Positions 31,595 through 41,629 of a DNA stretch of 64,000 nt are shown in pieces. The notes under the pieces are model-generated. The model had not been told where the DNA came from and did not search any database. It saw nothing but the letters and a program-made list of their open reading frames with translations. Source of the stretch: an uncultured Gammaproteobacteria bacterium (GTDB lineage Bacteria > Patescibacteriota > Microgenomatia > Levybacterales > UBA12049); the NCBI GenBank assembly GCA_964553245.1, contig CAZKJM010000001.1, positions 362,667 through 426,666 of the forward strand, written 5' to 3'. How positions within the stretch are numbered: position 1 is the stretch's first letter; each line of letters begins with the position of its first letter. The translations under genes were made by a program, and so were the position numbers.

Positions 31595-32638
31595 ATGAAT
31601 AAATTAAAAATAGCAATAATCTCAAATTTTGAATATCATTGTGGATCAAGCAATACTATTTTAGGCTATCTTAAGGCTTGTAAAAAAAAAGGTATTGACC
31701 TCCGATTATCCGAACTTGGCAACATTGATAATGTTGGAAAAGAAAAATTTCCCATCGCTGATTCTTCATGGAATCCAGATTTAGCGATTATTGTATTTGA
31801 ATCGTATCAGTTCTTATCAGAAGCAAAGATTTGTAAAATAATTTCAAGAATTCCAAGAACAAGGAGAATTATCATTGATCCAGATGCAAAATATTCTACT
31901 CCATGTCATTACAAAAATGACTGTAACCATAAAAACAATAACGAATATATGAAATGGCATGATTTATATAACTGTCTCTCTGATACTATATTGCAGCCAT
32001 CCCTAGTAGGATCTCGTACATTAAACGTTCATACTTTTTTATATTTCGGAATGGATAATATGAAGCAAACAACTGCAAAGACGAGACTTTATGATCTGAT
32101 ATATATTGGAAACAACTGGTTTCGTTGGCAAGATATGTCTAAGTTAATAAGAAAAACACAAACAATCAGAGAAATATTGCCAAAAATTGCAATTGGTGGT
32201 CGTTACTGGAATGAAGAAAATATGAATAATTTTAGCTATGCTACGTTTTCTAATCCTAAATACCTAGTTAATAATAATATCGATTTGTTAGGAGTAATTC
32301 CTTTCGGGAAAGTTGAATCAACCATGAGTCAGGGGAAAATAAATCCAATATTCATTCGTTCAATATTAAATCACATGAATTTAGTTACTCCAAGAATGTT
32401 TGAGACTTTTTGTGCTGATACAGTTCCAATAGTACCCTCCTATTTCAAAGAAGCAGAAACGTTGTATGGAGAAAAAATAAAAGAATTAATCTTTTCGGGA
32501 AACAATACCAAAGAAAAGCTTATTGACATTGTTAAAAACAATAATTATTATAGCAACTTAACTAATGAGATCAAGAATGAGCTTTTTAAGAAACACTCCT
32601 ATGAACAAAGACTAAAGGAATTGTTAAATTTTTTATAA
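31595..32638 (+). CDS. CgeB-like GT-B glycosyltransferase
   Basis: YIGNNW.RW, TPRMFE, HSY..R. Confidence 0.7.
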   Translation: MNKLKIAIISNFEYHCGSSNTILGYLKACKKKGIDLRLSELGNIDNVGKEKFPIADSSWNPDLAIIVFESYQFLSEAKICKIISRIPRTRRIIIDPDAKYSTPCHYKNDCNHKNNNEYMKWHDLYNCLSDTILQPSLVGSRTLNVHTFLYFGMDNMKQTTAKTRLYDLIYIGNNWFRWQDMSKLIRKTQTIREILPKIAIGGRYWNEENMNNFSYATFSNPKYLVNNNIDLLGVIPFGKVESTMSQGKINPIFIRSILNHMNLVTPRMFETFCADTVPIVPSYFKEAETLYGEKIKELIFSGNNTKEKLIDIVKNNNYYSNLTNEIKNELFKKHSYEQRLKELLNFL

Positions 32639-32646
32639 AGAAATCT

Positions 32647-33771
32647 ATGAAAAAAATAATTCTAACTGCACAAGACTTCGCTTATGGACCAATTGGTAAA
32701 TTACTTGATCTAGTTTCACACATGGAAAATAAGTTTTTTGAGCTAGTATTTATTGGTTTTGGAACATCTTTGCAACTTGCAAAAAAACATAAGTTTAGCA
32801 AGGTATACAAAATAGATACGGAATTGAGCAAGAACAAGAATAAATTAAAAAACATCGTCAAAGATGCAGATCTTTTAATAAGCTCCATGGATCTTCCAAG
32901 CTTAGAAATCGCACAAGAGTTGGGGATAAAAAATGTTTGGATAGATTGTTTATTTTGGTTTTGGGATGAAATTCCAAAGATTGCCCAAAAAGCGGATCTT
33001 TACATAGCAGAAATATCTATAAATAATAAAAAAAATTTAAAAAAATTTAAAAAAAAAATTAATAACTTACTAATGGTTAATACTATTTTACCAAAACTCA
33101 ATAAGAAAAAAGTTGAAAAACAGGTCCTAATTTCCCTTGGAGGAGCTGAAGCAACTCACTGTTATCAAATAGGAAAAGATACCTATTTCCCTTTTATTAT
33201 GACAGAGATTTTATTAAAATATGTTGATTGGTCATGTTTTGACAAAATATATTTAGCAACCAATCAAAGAATTTTGTCAAAACTAAAAGGATTGTTTAAA
33301 AAAACTAAAATTATCTTCTGTTGCCTAGAGCACACAAAGTTTGTAAATACCTTATCCAATTCAGAAGTGACATTAATAACACCAGGACTTGTAACAACCC
33401 AAACAGCTTTCTATGCAAAAACCCCTGTACTTTTTTTACCTGCGTCAAACAATAGCCAATATTTACAACTGGAGGAATATCGTAAGGAAGGGCTTGCTAA
33501 GGCTTCTGTTTCACTGTCTGATTTTATTGGAAAATTAGATTTTTCTAATAAAAGAGAGGCTGAAGCAAATGAAATGGTAATTAATCAAATAAGCTCCATT
33601 AGGAACAATACTTTTGTGAAAAAAGCCATTGGGGACAAAATTGATAAATTACTCAAGGATAGAAATCGTTGGGCTCAAAACGCCGTTAATGTTGGCAGTA
33701 ACTATATTTATAAACGAGGAGCAAATGGGGCGATTCAGGCACTAAGAGCGATAGAAAGTTTAATGCGCTAG
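32647..33771 (+). CDS. GT-B protein resembling cytosylglucuronate synthases (BlsD/MilC-like)
   Basis: DFAYGPIGKL, IDCLFWFW, ISLGG, ITPG, FLP..N.SQ. Confidence 0.5.
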   Translation: MKKIILTAQDFAYGPIGKLLDLVSHMENKFFELVFIGFGTSLQLAKKHKFSKVYKIDTELSKNKNKLKNIVKDADLLISSMDLPSLEIAQELGIKNVWIDCLFWFWDEIPKIAQKADLYIAEISINNKKNLKKFKKKINNLLMVNTILPKLNKKKVEKQVLISLGGAEATHCYQIGKDTYFPFIMTEILLKYVDWSCFDKIYLATNQRILSKLKGLFKKTKIIFCCLEHTKFVNTLSNSEVTLITPGLVTTQTAFYAKTPVLFLPASNNSQYLQLEEYRKEGLAKASVSLSDFIGKLDFSNKREAEANEMVINQISSIRNNTFVKKAIGDKIDKLLKDRNRWAQNAVNVGSNYIYKRGANGAIQALRAIESLMR

Positions 33772-33782
33772 TTATTACTTAC

Positions 33783-34382
33783 ATGAATACACAAGCTTTA
33801 GTTAGAAATAATTATAATAAGATATTTAAAATTTATTCTGAGCAAAGACATAAAACGAAAAATGATTACTATCTTAATCTATTCAATAAACTACTAAAAA
33901 GAAACTCAACGATATTAGATCTAGGTTGTGGCTGCGGGAAACCTGTCTCAGAGTTTTTTTTAAAGAGAAAACATAAGATTGTCGGTTTAGACATTTCGAT
34001 AAAACAAGTTGAATTGGCGAAAAAAAATTTTCCTAAAGAAAGTTTTTTCGTAAGAGACATAGCTAATTTAGAATATAATGAGTTTTCTGTAGACGCAATT
34101 GTATCTTTCTATACAATATTTCACATAGCACGTAACACGCAGGAAGAATTATATAGGAAGATTAACTCTTTTATGTACAGCGGTGGAAAAATATTATTAA
34201 CATTGGGATCGTTTGAATGGGAAGGTATTGCAAATTTTCATGGAGGGAAAATGTACTGGAGTCAATTTGGGAGAAAAAAAAATATAAAATTATTAAAAAA
34301 TGCTGGCTTTAATATTTTATTAGAGGAAATTGATAAAAATGACGAATTTAAACACCAAATAGTTATTGGTGAAAAAATATAA
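33783..34382 (+). CDS. Class I SAM-dependent methyltransferase
   Basis: ILDLGCGCG; SFYTIFHI. Confidence 0.88.
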   Translation: MNTQALVRNNYNKIFKIYSEQRHKTKNDYYLNLFNKLLKRNSTILDLGCGCGKPVSEFFLKRKHKIVGLDISIKQVELAKKNFPKESFFVRDIANLEYNEFSVDAIVSFYTIFHIARNTQEELYRKINSFMYSGGKILLTLGSFEWEGIANFHGGKMYWSQFGRKKNIKLLKNAGFNILLEEIDKNDEFKHQIVIGEKI

Positions 34383-34458
34383 CCAAAATTAGTTTAAAAA
34401 AAACTTTCTAAACAAATCGTAGATCTTCAATTGTGCGACATGAGCTATAATATTCCTA

Positions 34459-34503
34459 ATGACTGGTAATACCCTATTTTACGTTTATATCGTTGAATGC
34501 TCC
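34459..34503 (+). pseudogene. 5' stub of a GIY-YIG (YhbQ-like) nuclease gene cut at a junction core
   Basis: TATAAT then MTGNTLFYVYIVECS; the Cys-Ser codons TGCTCC are the junction core. Confidence 0.6.
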
Positions 34504-34528
34504 GTGGGATGGACGATGTTAGAACCTA
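34499..34528 (+). repeat. Type A junction
   Basis: GCTCCGTGGGATGGACGATGTTAGAACCTA. Confidence 0.92.
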
Positions 34529-34540
34529 TTTTATTTCCTA

Positions 34541-35620
34541 TTAACTTGTCTCTGGCTTTTGAGAAAGAGAATCATTCCATAGATCTAATAAATCATCAGG
34601 TCGCTTGGTATGTTCAAATTTCCCTGCTTCTACCATTTTCATAATTTTATATTCAATCCTTCGCCCAATCCAATCAGTAATTTTATCAAGTCCTTGAGGA
34701 AATGGCCTTTTAATCTCGGAACTTGCTTTTTCTAGAATATCTTTTGTATCAGAATCTTCTGTAAAGACCTCTTCAATTTCCAGTATTTTGTTGTTAATTA
34801 TTGACTGTAAAATACTCTCTTGATTATCTGAATAAGCTGCGGGTTCAAGAGGAGGCTTGTATCCTTTTATTCTTCTAGAAAGACCTTTAGCTAGCCCTTT
34901 CTTAGCAAAAACAATATCTAACAAGTCTTTTTTGGGAATATAATCTCTGCCTTCCTGGGTTTTTCTAGTTGCATCTTCTAATTCTGCTGTAAATTCAACA
35001 GAAGGTAAAACATCATATCTATAAGGGGCGCTTTTAAGCTTTTCCCATTGTTTCCTGTAATATTCATCTCTTTTTTCTCTTCGAGTTTGAGCGTCTTCAT
35101 ATAGACTTCTTCCGCCTTTTTGTAAAAATTCTTCCACTTTTGGCCCTACCTCAGCTCGTGCTTCTGTCCATGACATACCCTGGGCAACATAATTACCATA
35201 TATTGCTGCATGCCTAAGCGCTGGGTCTTCTCCCCTAAGCTGTCCTGATAGTAAAGAAGCTTTTTCTGCAGTTGGAGATGCAAAACGATAATCTCCTCCA
35301 GCTCTACGACTAAGAACTGCTAACCCCTGACTTAATATTAACAAGCTTGGGCTATCAACAACTCCATATACTCTACGAAAGTGTTCAGCTTTTTCAATAG
35401 GAATTACTATTCCAAAGGGATCTTTGCTGCTATCCTCTGAGTCAAGTATTAGTGTTCCTAGTCCTCGATTGTCTAAGTCTTTAACTACACCAAGAAATGG
35501 CAAACGTTCTCCTTTTTGTTCTTTTCTGCTAAAAGAGGATTTAATATCTGCTTTTAATTTACCAAATTGTATTTCGCCTGGAGCTTTTGGTCGCTCTGAT
35601 ACACCTTCTCCGACTTCCAT
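34541..35620 (-). CDS. Cassette ORFan, 359 aa
   Basis: Long ORF bounded by junctions; TTGACA upstream. Confidence 0.75.
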   Translation of the reverse strand: MEVGEGVSERPKAPGEIQFGKLKADIKSSFSRKEQKGERLPFLGVVKDLDNRGLGTLILDSEDSSKDPFGIVIPIEKAEHFRRVYGVVDSPSLLILSQGLAVLSRRAGGDYRFASPTAEKASLLSGQLRGEDPALRHAAIYGNYVAQGMSWTEARAEVGPKVEEFLQKGGRSLYEDAQTRREKRDEYYRKQWEKLKSAPYRYDVLPSVEFTAELEDATRKTQEGRDYIPKKDLLDIVFAKKGLAKGLSRRIKGYKPPLEPAAYSDNQESILQSIINNKILEIEEVFTEDSDTKDILEKASSEIKRPFPQGLDKITDWIGRRIEYKIMKMVEAGKFEHTKRPDDLLDLWNDSLSQKPETS

Positions 35621-35664
35621 ATATCAAAATTAGTATCTAATATAAAATATATTTTGTCAAACTA

Positions 35665-35762
35665 AAACTAAACCTGAGCTCCGCATGTCGGTCTAGACCC
35701 GTTTCGGGTTATAGTCCTATCTGGCTCTATGTGTCGGTCAAGAATCATTCAAAGTCATAGTC
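35665..35762 (+). repeat. Two tandem type B junctions, cores 46 bp apart
   Basis: GCTCCGCATGTCGGTCTAGACCCGTTTCGGGTTATAGTCC (35678) and GCTCTATGTGTCGGTCAAGAATCATTCAAAGTCATAGTC (35724). Confidence 0.85.
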
Positions 35763-35834
35763 GTTCAGGCCTAAATCTTTGAACAATAAACAACTCTTCA
35801 GTATAATTTAAAATGCTATAATGCGAATAAGTCT

Positions 35835-36176
35835 ATGAAAAATTTCATATCGCTTCTTATTTTAGTTATTTTACTTTCTTTCTTTATAACAACTAATTCT
35901 TCTCCAGTCTCGATTTACATAGGCCCATATATATTTAATGTCCCTTTTTCAATAGCTTTAATACTCCCTCTTTGCATAGGCCTTTTAATTTTTACAGTTG
36001 TTTATTTAGCTAAGGTTAGAAGAATAGAATCTGTAATTAAGCACAATGAAAACGAAATAAATGATCTGCAAAATTCTATTACCCAGTTAAATAAACAAGT
36101 ACATCAATTAAAAATAGAAAATAATAAACTAAAAACCAGACTTGGAGATAAATCATTTGACGATGAATCTATATGA
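35835..36176 (+). CDS. LapA (DUF1049)-like protein
   Basis: TM-N..PV.I-TM-coiled coil. Confidence 0.65.
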   Translation: MKNFISLLILVILLSFFITTNSSPVSIYIGPYIFNVPFSIALILPLCIGLLIFTVVYLAKVRRIESVIKHNENEINDLQNSITQLNKQVHQLKIENNKLKTRLGDKSFDDESI

Positions 36177-36697
36177 TCGAATCCCTGCTTAAGCTTTGGC
36201 GTAAGTTTAATTTCTCTAAAAATTTGCAACTTAGAATTATGCGAACCATAAATGCCCAATTTTTAGTTGGGGTAACAGGAGTTATTTTTAACAATAACAA
36301 TGAGGTCTTGTTGTTTAAACATTCGTATAGATCGATTGCTTGGAGCTTGCCAGGTGGGTACATGAAAGGCAAAGAGCATCCAAAAGAAGCATTAGAAAGA
36401 GAAATTAAGGAAGAGTCTAATTTTACAGTCAGCATAGATTGGCGGATGAAAATAAGAACCGATAGACAAACTTCTAGGCTAGATATTCCTTACATAGGAA
36501 CATTTATTGGAGACTCTTTTAAACCTTCCGCAGAGGTCATTGAATTCGGTTTTTTCTCTTTGGACAACCTGCCACATATAAGAACTGACCAACTTTTTCT
36601 GATAAATAAAGCCTTAGAGGAAAGAAAAATATTCTTTAGTACAAAAAAGCTAGCTCCGATTGAAAAAGCTAAAAAGTCAGAAATTGCTAATTTGTAG
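36173..36697 (+). CDS. NUDIX hydrolase
   Basis: WSLPGG....E....ALEREIKEES. Confidence 0.88.
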   Translation: MIESLLKLWRKFNFSKNLQLRIMRTINAQFLVGVTGVIFNNNNEVLLFKHSYRSIAWSLPGGYMKGKEHPKEALEREIKEESNFTVSIDWRMKIRTDRQTSRLDIPYIGTFIGDSFKPSAEVIEFGFFSLDNLPHIRTDQLFLINKALEERKIFFSTKKLAPIEKAKKSEIANL

Positions 36698-36784
36698 TCT
36701 CGCTTATAACTTGCTTTTCGGGATTTAATTTTACACAAAGTAAGTTAAAAATACTCTGAAGCTAAAGTTGTTTAAATCCTATAT

Positions 36785-36890
36785 GCTCTGTGCATCAGTC
36801 AAAAAAATTTTTCGGCTTTAGTTATATTATCCAGGATCTGGCTCTGCATGTCGGTCAAGACCAGTTTAGGGTTATAGTCCTACTCGGCTC
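36785..36890 (+). repeat. Type B junctions (degenerate 36785, intact 36841) and island left core (36887)
   Basis: GCTCTGTGCATCAGTCAA; GCTCTGCATGTCGGTCAAGACCAGTTTAGGGTTATAGTCC; GGCTC. Confidence 0.8.
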
Positions 36891-36986
36891 GAGAAATGGG
36901 TACAATTTCGGACAACTGACTGGATAAATTACCTGGAATACCCAGAATTCACAAACAAAGAAGTAAATAGATTCCTTAATGCTTAA
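36888..36986 (+). other. Displaced recombinase C-terminal coding segment (attP arm)
   Basis: Start-less 32-codon frame LEKWVQFRTTDWINYLEYPEFTNKEVNRFLNA* in phase with the CTC codon at 52201. Confidence 0.7.
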
Positions 36987-37052
36987 TCCCCAGGTTGATG
37001 CTGTTTGATTTGTTTCCAATTATCTTATGAATATGTATAATTAAGTTGAGGT

Positions 37053-38861
37053 ATGCCGAATAAATTGTCGTTAAAACTAGACAGGGATAAAATTCTTCGC
37101 AGGATCACCAAGATCTCTATCTTCATCTGGCTGGCATGCATTATAGGCGTCTTTGCAATTATGGGTTATGTTGTGGGTATCAGGAAAGAGCTTTTTGATA
37201 AAGCACCTGATGTCTTCGCCTTCTCTCTCCTCGGGTTAATATTGCTCGGTTGCCTTGCCTTTTTAATCGGTGCAATAGGCATTACCGCACAAATTTTATC
37301 TAAGAGATCCCAGAAGAAACAAAACATCTTTTTATTCCTAATTAAACTGTTCTTTGCGCTAGCCATCCTCCCCCTCTACTTATTGGTCGTTATCATCAAA
37401 CCACTTGAAATCGTAAAGAGACTAAAACAAGAGAAATTAAGAGGTTTATTGAAATCCCTGCGTCCAAAGCTAGTTTTAACGAAATTAGTAGCACTTGTAT
37501 TGGTTTGTGCAATTATTTTACCCATCTGGGTTGTTGGATATGTATCTGTTGGTGCTTTGGCTGCGAACCAGCTAGGTTACATAACAGAGGATATCAATAT
37601 CGTAGGAACTGGTTCTATGTATCCGACTTGGGACAAAGGAACAAAGGGTAAAAGCAACAAGGATCTTGCCAAAGAGATAATTACTACCGCGGGTTTCTTG
37701 CCCTATCCAAACGGCATCGTTATTGGTGGAAAAAGATATCTAGGACATACTCTAGGTAGAGGTGACATTATCACCTGGGAAAATGATGCTACAAGAGAAC
37801 TTACAAGTAGAGACGGAGCAAACCCTGCGGGATTGTTAAAAAGAATCATGGGGCTTCCAGGAGACACAATCGAACTTAGAGACGGTATTGTTTATCTCAA
37901 TGGCGAGCCACAAAAAGAGCCATATATTGCCAAACCGCGCTCAACATTCGGGGAAAAGTTTCTAAAAGAATGTCAGGCAGTAACTGTCCCTCAGGATGCA
38001 ATCTTTGCTATGGGCGACAACCGAAAAGGTAGTTCCGACTCAAGAGAAATTGGCTTTGCTCCAATAAAAGACATCCGCCTAGTCCTTCCTCTGGAAAAAC
38101 AGAAGGGAAAGCTTGATAAGAACTGGCACGACGCAACCAATGACTTATCAGACACAGTAAAACCAACAATAGACAGAAACAGGTTTGTCGAGCTACTTAA
38201 CGAAAAACGCAAAGAGAATGGCGCAACTCCAGTGAAATACGAGCCTAAACTTGATGAATCTGCAAAAATACGAGCAGAATCTTTGTTAAAGAATAACGCT
38301 ACTCAACAACAAGCTTCTTACGATGTCGTTTCAAGTGCAATGTCAAAAGCTGGGTATTGGAACAGCTATGTGTGGGAATGGTCGTTAGAGGGTTATTACA
38401 CTGCTGACGAGTTAGTTGAAGACTATCTCGAAAGAGATTCAACAGATGCTAAAAATGTGTGGTTTGATAAAAAGTTTGACGATGTGGGGATTGCAGAAGT
38501 CCAAGGCAACCTAAACGGATGCCCTACACAGCTTATTGTTGTCCATGCTGCTGGCTACATCCCTCCAAGCTATAAGAAAGAGGATATTGAGTCTTGGAAA
38601 ACAAGCCTATCAAGGCTACGAGAAATTCAGCCAAGCTGGTCAAGTCTCAAAAACAACTCAGGTTTCTACGAAAAAAACAAGGCAGATGTTGATAGAATCA
38701 ATGAGATAATTGGAGTAAGAATTGCTAATATTTCAGTAATCGTTTCCAAGATGGAAGCTAATCAGTGGTTAAGCGCTACCGAACAGAGGATGATCGATCA
38801 GGATAAACCTCTGTATGACGAGCAGGAAGCCATAGCAACCAGGCTTAACAGCCAACATTAA
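37053..38861 (+). CDS. Signal peptidase I (S26) fused to N-terminal TMs and a CAP/SCP domain
   Basis: GSMYPT, KRIMGLPGD, GDNR..SSDSR; LNEKR...L..SAK.RA. Confidence 0.85.
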   Translation: MPNKLSLKLDRDKILRRITKISIFIWLACIIGVFAIMGYVVGIRKELFDKAPDVFAFSLLGLILLGCLAFLIGAIGITAQILSKRSQKKQNIFLFLIKLFFALAILPLYLLVVIIKPLEIVKRLKQEKLRGLLKSLRPKLVLTKLVALVLVCAIILPIWVVGYVSVGALAANQLGYITEDINIVGTGSMYPTWDKGTKGKSNKDLAKEIITTAGFLPYPNGIVIGGKRYLGHTLGRGDIITWENDATRELTSRDGANPAGLLKRIMGLPGDTIELRDGIVYLNGEPQKEPYIAKPRSTFGEKFLKECQAVTVPQDAIFAMGDNRKGSSDSREIGFAPIKDIRLVLPLEKQKGKLDKNWHDATNDLSDTVKPTIDRNRFVELLNEKRKENGATPVKYEPKLDESAKIRAESLLKNNATQQQASYDVVSSAMSKAGYWNSYVWEWSLEGYYTADELVEDYLERDSTDAKNVWFDKKFDDVGIAEVQGNLNGCPTQLIVVHAAGYIPPSYKKEDIESWKTSLSRLREIQPSWSSLKNNSGFYEKNKADVDRINEIIGVRIANISVIVSKMEANQWLSATEQRMIDQDKPLYDEQEAIATRLNSQH

Positions 38862-38862
38862 T

Positions 38863-39045
38863 ATGAGTAAGGATAAAACACTACCAAAGTTACTAACAAT
38901 TAAACAGGCTTCAGAGATCCTTAATGTGCATGTGGAGACTTTGAGGCGTTGGGACAAGCGTGGGAAGCTCAAAGCCATAAGGGTAAACGAGCGCGGTGAC
39001 AGGCGTTACCGCCCAGAGGACATAGAAAAATTAATGAAAATATAA
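38863..39045 (+). CDS. Excisionase-like/MerR HTH protein
   Basis: LLTIKQASEIL.V..ETLRRWD..G; GDRRY. Confidence 0.85.
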   Translation: MSKDKTLPKLLTIKQASEILNVHVETLRRWDKRGKLKAIRVNERGDRRYRPEDIEKLMKI

Positions 39046-39046
39046 T

Positions 39047-41629
39047 ATGAACAACTTATATCAACAATTAAAATCAGATGTAATTAACTGGAGACAGCAG
39101 GGTTATCCCTCCTCCTATCCCGTCATTGCAACCGTTCTCAACTTCAACAAAAACAACTTTCTAAGACAAGCACAGTTTGAAGCCTTAGAAACTTACTGGT
39201 ATCTGCGCCTAGTTAAGAACACTCCAAATATCTTTGAACTTTATAAAGGGTATTTTCAAGGCAAAGACCTACTCAAAGCCCTGGGAATATCATTATCAGA
39301 AGAAGACTTAACCGATCTTTTGCTAGCTGGCGGCGGACTAGACTCCATTATCGAGAAAGTTAGGACTGATGATACCTTTGTTAAGAAATACAGGCTAGAA
39401 GCCCTTAGAGAAACCCTTACACTTCCATATCCCAGCTACATCCTCGCCCTGGCGATGGGAGCGGGTAAGACAATTCTTGTTGCCTCTATTATAGCCACCG
39501 AGTTTGCTATGGCACTTGAATACCAGGAGAAAGACGGGATCTTTGTCAGGAACTCCCTCGTCTTTGCACCAGGAAAAACAATTCTAGGAGCATTGAAAGA
39601 AATTGCCGATACTCCCTACGACAAAATCCTACCCGCACGATTCTATAAGTCCTTCATCACCAATGTAAAGTTTACCTACACTAGAGATGGCGAAAAGGAT
39701 ATTCCCGTTATTAGAGGCAGTTCCTTTAATGTAATTGTCACTAACACTGAAAAAATCAGACTACAGAAAAATAGCATTCCTAAGTCATTCCTGGGCACAC
39801 AATTGAGCCTAGGATTAGAAGAAGCCAAAGAACTTGTTGCCAACCTGCGCTTACAATCAATCACCTCCCTACCACACTTGGCAGTCTTTTCAGACGAAGC
39901 CCACCACACTTACGGACAAGCTCTCGCCGAGGATCTCAAGCGAGTCCGCCAAACCATCAACTATATAGGCGAGAAAACTAACCTTCTGGCAGTTATTAAC
40001 ACAACAGGCACACCTTACTATCAACGCCAGCTTTTACGAGATGTTATCTACTGGTATGGACTCTCTCAGGGCATTGAAGACGGCATCCTTAAAGAAGTCC
40101 GAGGCAATATTGTCGCCTACAAAGAGGTTTCAGAGGAAGACTTTGTTATCGATATCGTCAAAGACTTTTTCCAGGAATACAAAGATGTGCGAGTTAATAA
40201 CGGCGAATATGCAAAACTGGCAATCTACTTCCCCCAGGTTGACGACCTAGACCAAGCCAAGCCGATTGTTGAGCAAACACTTATCTCTCTGGAACTCGAC
40301 CCATCAATTGTCTTACCAGTCCATAACAAATCTCCAGAAGACATCAAAGATCTTTTTGACAACCGTATCAACGACCCGCACCTACCTTACAGGGTGTTTC
40401 TGCTAGTTAATAAAGGCACTGAAGGATGGAACTGTCTATCTCTTTTTGCGACTGCTCTGGCGAGAAAACTCTCCTCAAGTAATAATTTCGTGCTTCAGGC
40501 AGCCAGCAGATGTTTAAGACAAGTGAACGGCAATACCAAGAAAGCCAAGATTTATCTCTCCAAAGCCAATGTCTCGGTGCTTGATCGCCAGCTGCAGGAA
40601 ACCTTCGGAGAAGGTTTAGATGACCTTAACCGCGCTAAGACCGACACTTATCCTGTTAAAATTACCCTCAGAAAGCTTGAGATTGAACCCGTTGTTATCA
40701 AGAAGCTCATCCAAAAGATTGTTCCCGAAGACGATACTTCTACCGCCTTGAGGGTCGAGAAGCCCAAATCTGACGCTGTAGCGGGGCTTGAGAAAACTAT
40801 TTACACCATGTCCAAGACCCAGAGGAAGGGCGTCCTGGTCGAGGTTGATAGCGAAAAATCAAAACCCAGAGATGTAAAGGTTGATCTATATCAGGCAGCA
40901 GTCCTGCTTGCCCACACTTATCGCCTTGATTCCCTAGAGATCTTCAAACTCCTTACTCCTCTCTATCATGACGGAGAAATGTCAGTTGTCGACCTGGAAC
41001 TTATCCGACTGCAACTAGAAAAACAGGTTATCAGATACAAAGTTACCACTGAAACCGTTGAAGAAGCCCTGGCGCTTATTAAAACCAAAGGCTTTGAGGA
41101 AGAAGTCGAAGATGGCAAGACCTCGTATGTCACCCATATTAGAGTCAATAAGGACAACCTCGAAAAGTATGTTTTAGATACCAATGCCTACAAAAAGAAG
41201 GCTGGTCAAATGCCTTTGTTTGGTTTTCATTACGATCCATACAACTTTGATTCAGAAGACGAGCGTGCCTTCTTTGAGCAAATGTTGGACAAACTCGGCG
41301 AAGACCCAGATAATGTTGAAGATATTTACTTTACAGGAGCGCTGACAGACAGGGAGAAAACCGATTTTGCGTTTGAATATAAAGACAATAAAGGAGACTG
41401 GCACTCGTATACACCTGACTTTTTGATCAGGAAAAAGGATGGCAAGTCCCTTATAGTCGAAGTCAAGGGCAAGCCATACAGGAATGAGGCGGCAGAGAAG
41501 GAAATGAAACAACTAGAGGCGATAAATCCTGATAAAATTAGATATGAACTCCTGCTCTTAGAGGAAGGCGAATCGGTGTTTGGTAAAGTAGCACCAGTCT
41601 TTAATTGGATTTACCAAACCCAAAAATGA
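39047..41629 (+). CDS. res: Type III restriction subunit Res
   Basis: MGAGKT, DEAHH, TGTP, EGW, YTPDF...VEVK. Confidence 0.88.
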   Translation: MNNLYQQLKSDVINWRQQGYPSSYPVIATVLNFNKNNFLRQAQFEALETYWYLRLVKNTPNIFELYKGYFQGKDLLKALGISLSEEDLTDLLLAGGGLDSIIEKVRTDDTFVKKYRLEALRETLTLPYPSYILALAMGAGKTILVASIIATEFAMALEYQEKDGIFVRNSLVFAPGKTILGALKEIADTPYDKILPARFYKSFITNVKFTYTRDGEKDIPVIRGSSFNVIVTNTEKIRLQKNSIPKSFLGTQLSLGLEEAKELVANLRLQSITSLPHLAVFSDEAHHTYGQALAEDLKRVRQTINYIGEKTNLLAVINTTGTPYYQRQLLRDVIYWYGLSQGIEDGILKEVRGNIVAYKEVSEEDFVIDIVKDFFQEYKDVRVNNGEYAKLAIYFPQVDDLDQAKPIVEQTLISLELDPSIVLPVHNKSPEDIKDLFDNRINDPHLPYRVFLLVNKGTEGWNCLSLFATALARKLSSSNNFVLQAASRCLRQVNGNTKKAKIYLSKANVSVLDRQLQETFGEGLDDLNRAKTDTYPVKITLRKLEIEPVVIKKLIQKIVPEDDTSTALRVEKPKSDAVAGLEKTIYTMSKTQRKGVLVEVDSEKSKPRDVKVDLYQAAVLLAHTYRLDSLEIFKLLTPLYHDGEMSVVDLELIRLQLEKQVIRYKVTTETVEEALALIKTKGFEEEVEDGKTSYVTHIRVNKDNLEKYVLDTNAYKKKAGQMPLFGFHYDPYNFDSEDERAFFEQMLDKLGEDPDNVEDIYFTGALTDREKTDFAFEYKDNKGDWHSYTPDFLIRKKDGKSLIVEVKGKPYRNEAAEKEMKQLEAINPDKIRYELLLLEEGESVFGKVAPVFNWIYQTQK

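Noticed and set aside
21384-34528. Type A sites as classical integron attC (GTTAGAA is close to GTTRRRY)
   Set aside because: No inverse core or long hairpin, no IntI tyrosine recombinase, and homology is anchored on GCTC and the tRNA end.
34459-34644. 61-aa ORF as an intact gene
   Set aside because: Chimera of a GIY-YIG-like stub, a junction arm and antisense of the next ORF.
19571-36890. Repeats as a CRISPR array
   Set aside because: Spacing ranges from 46 bp to 7.9 kb and holds whole genes; repeats are degenerate; no cas genes.
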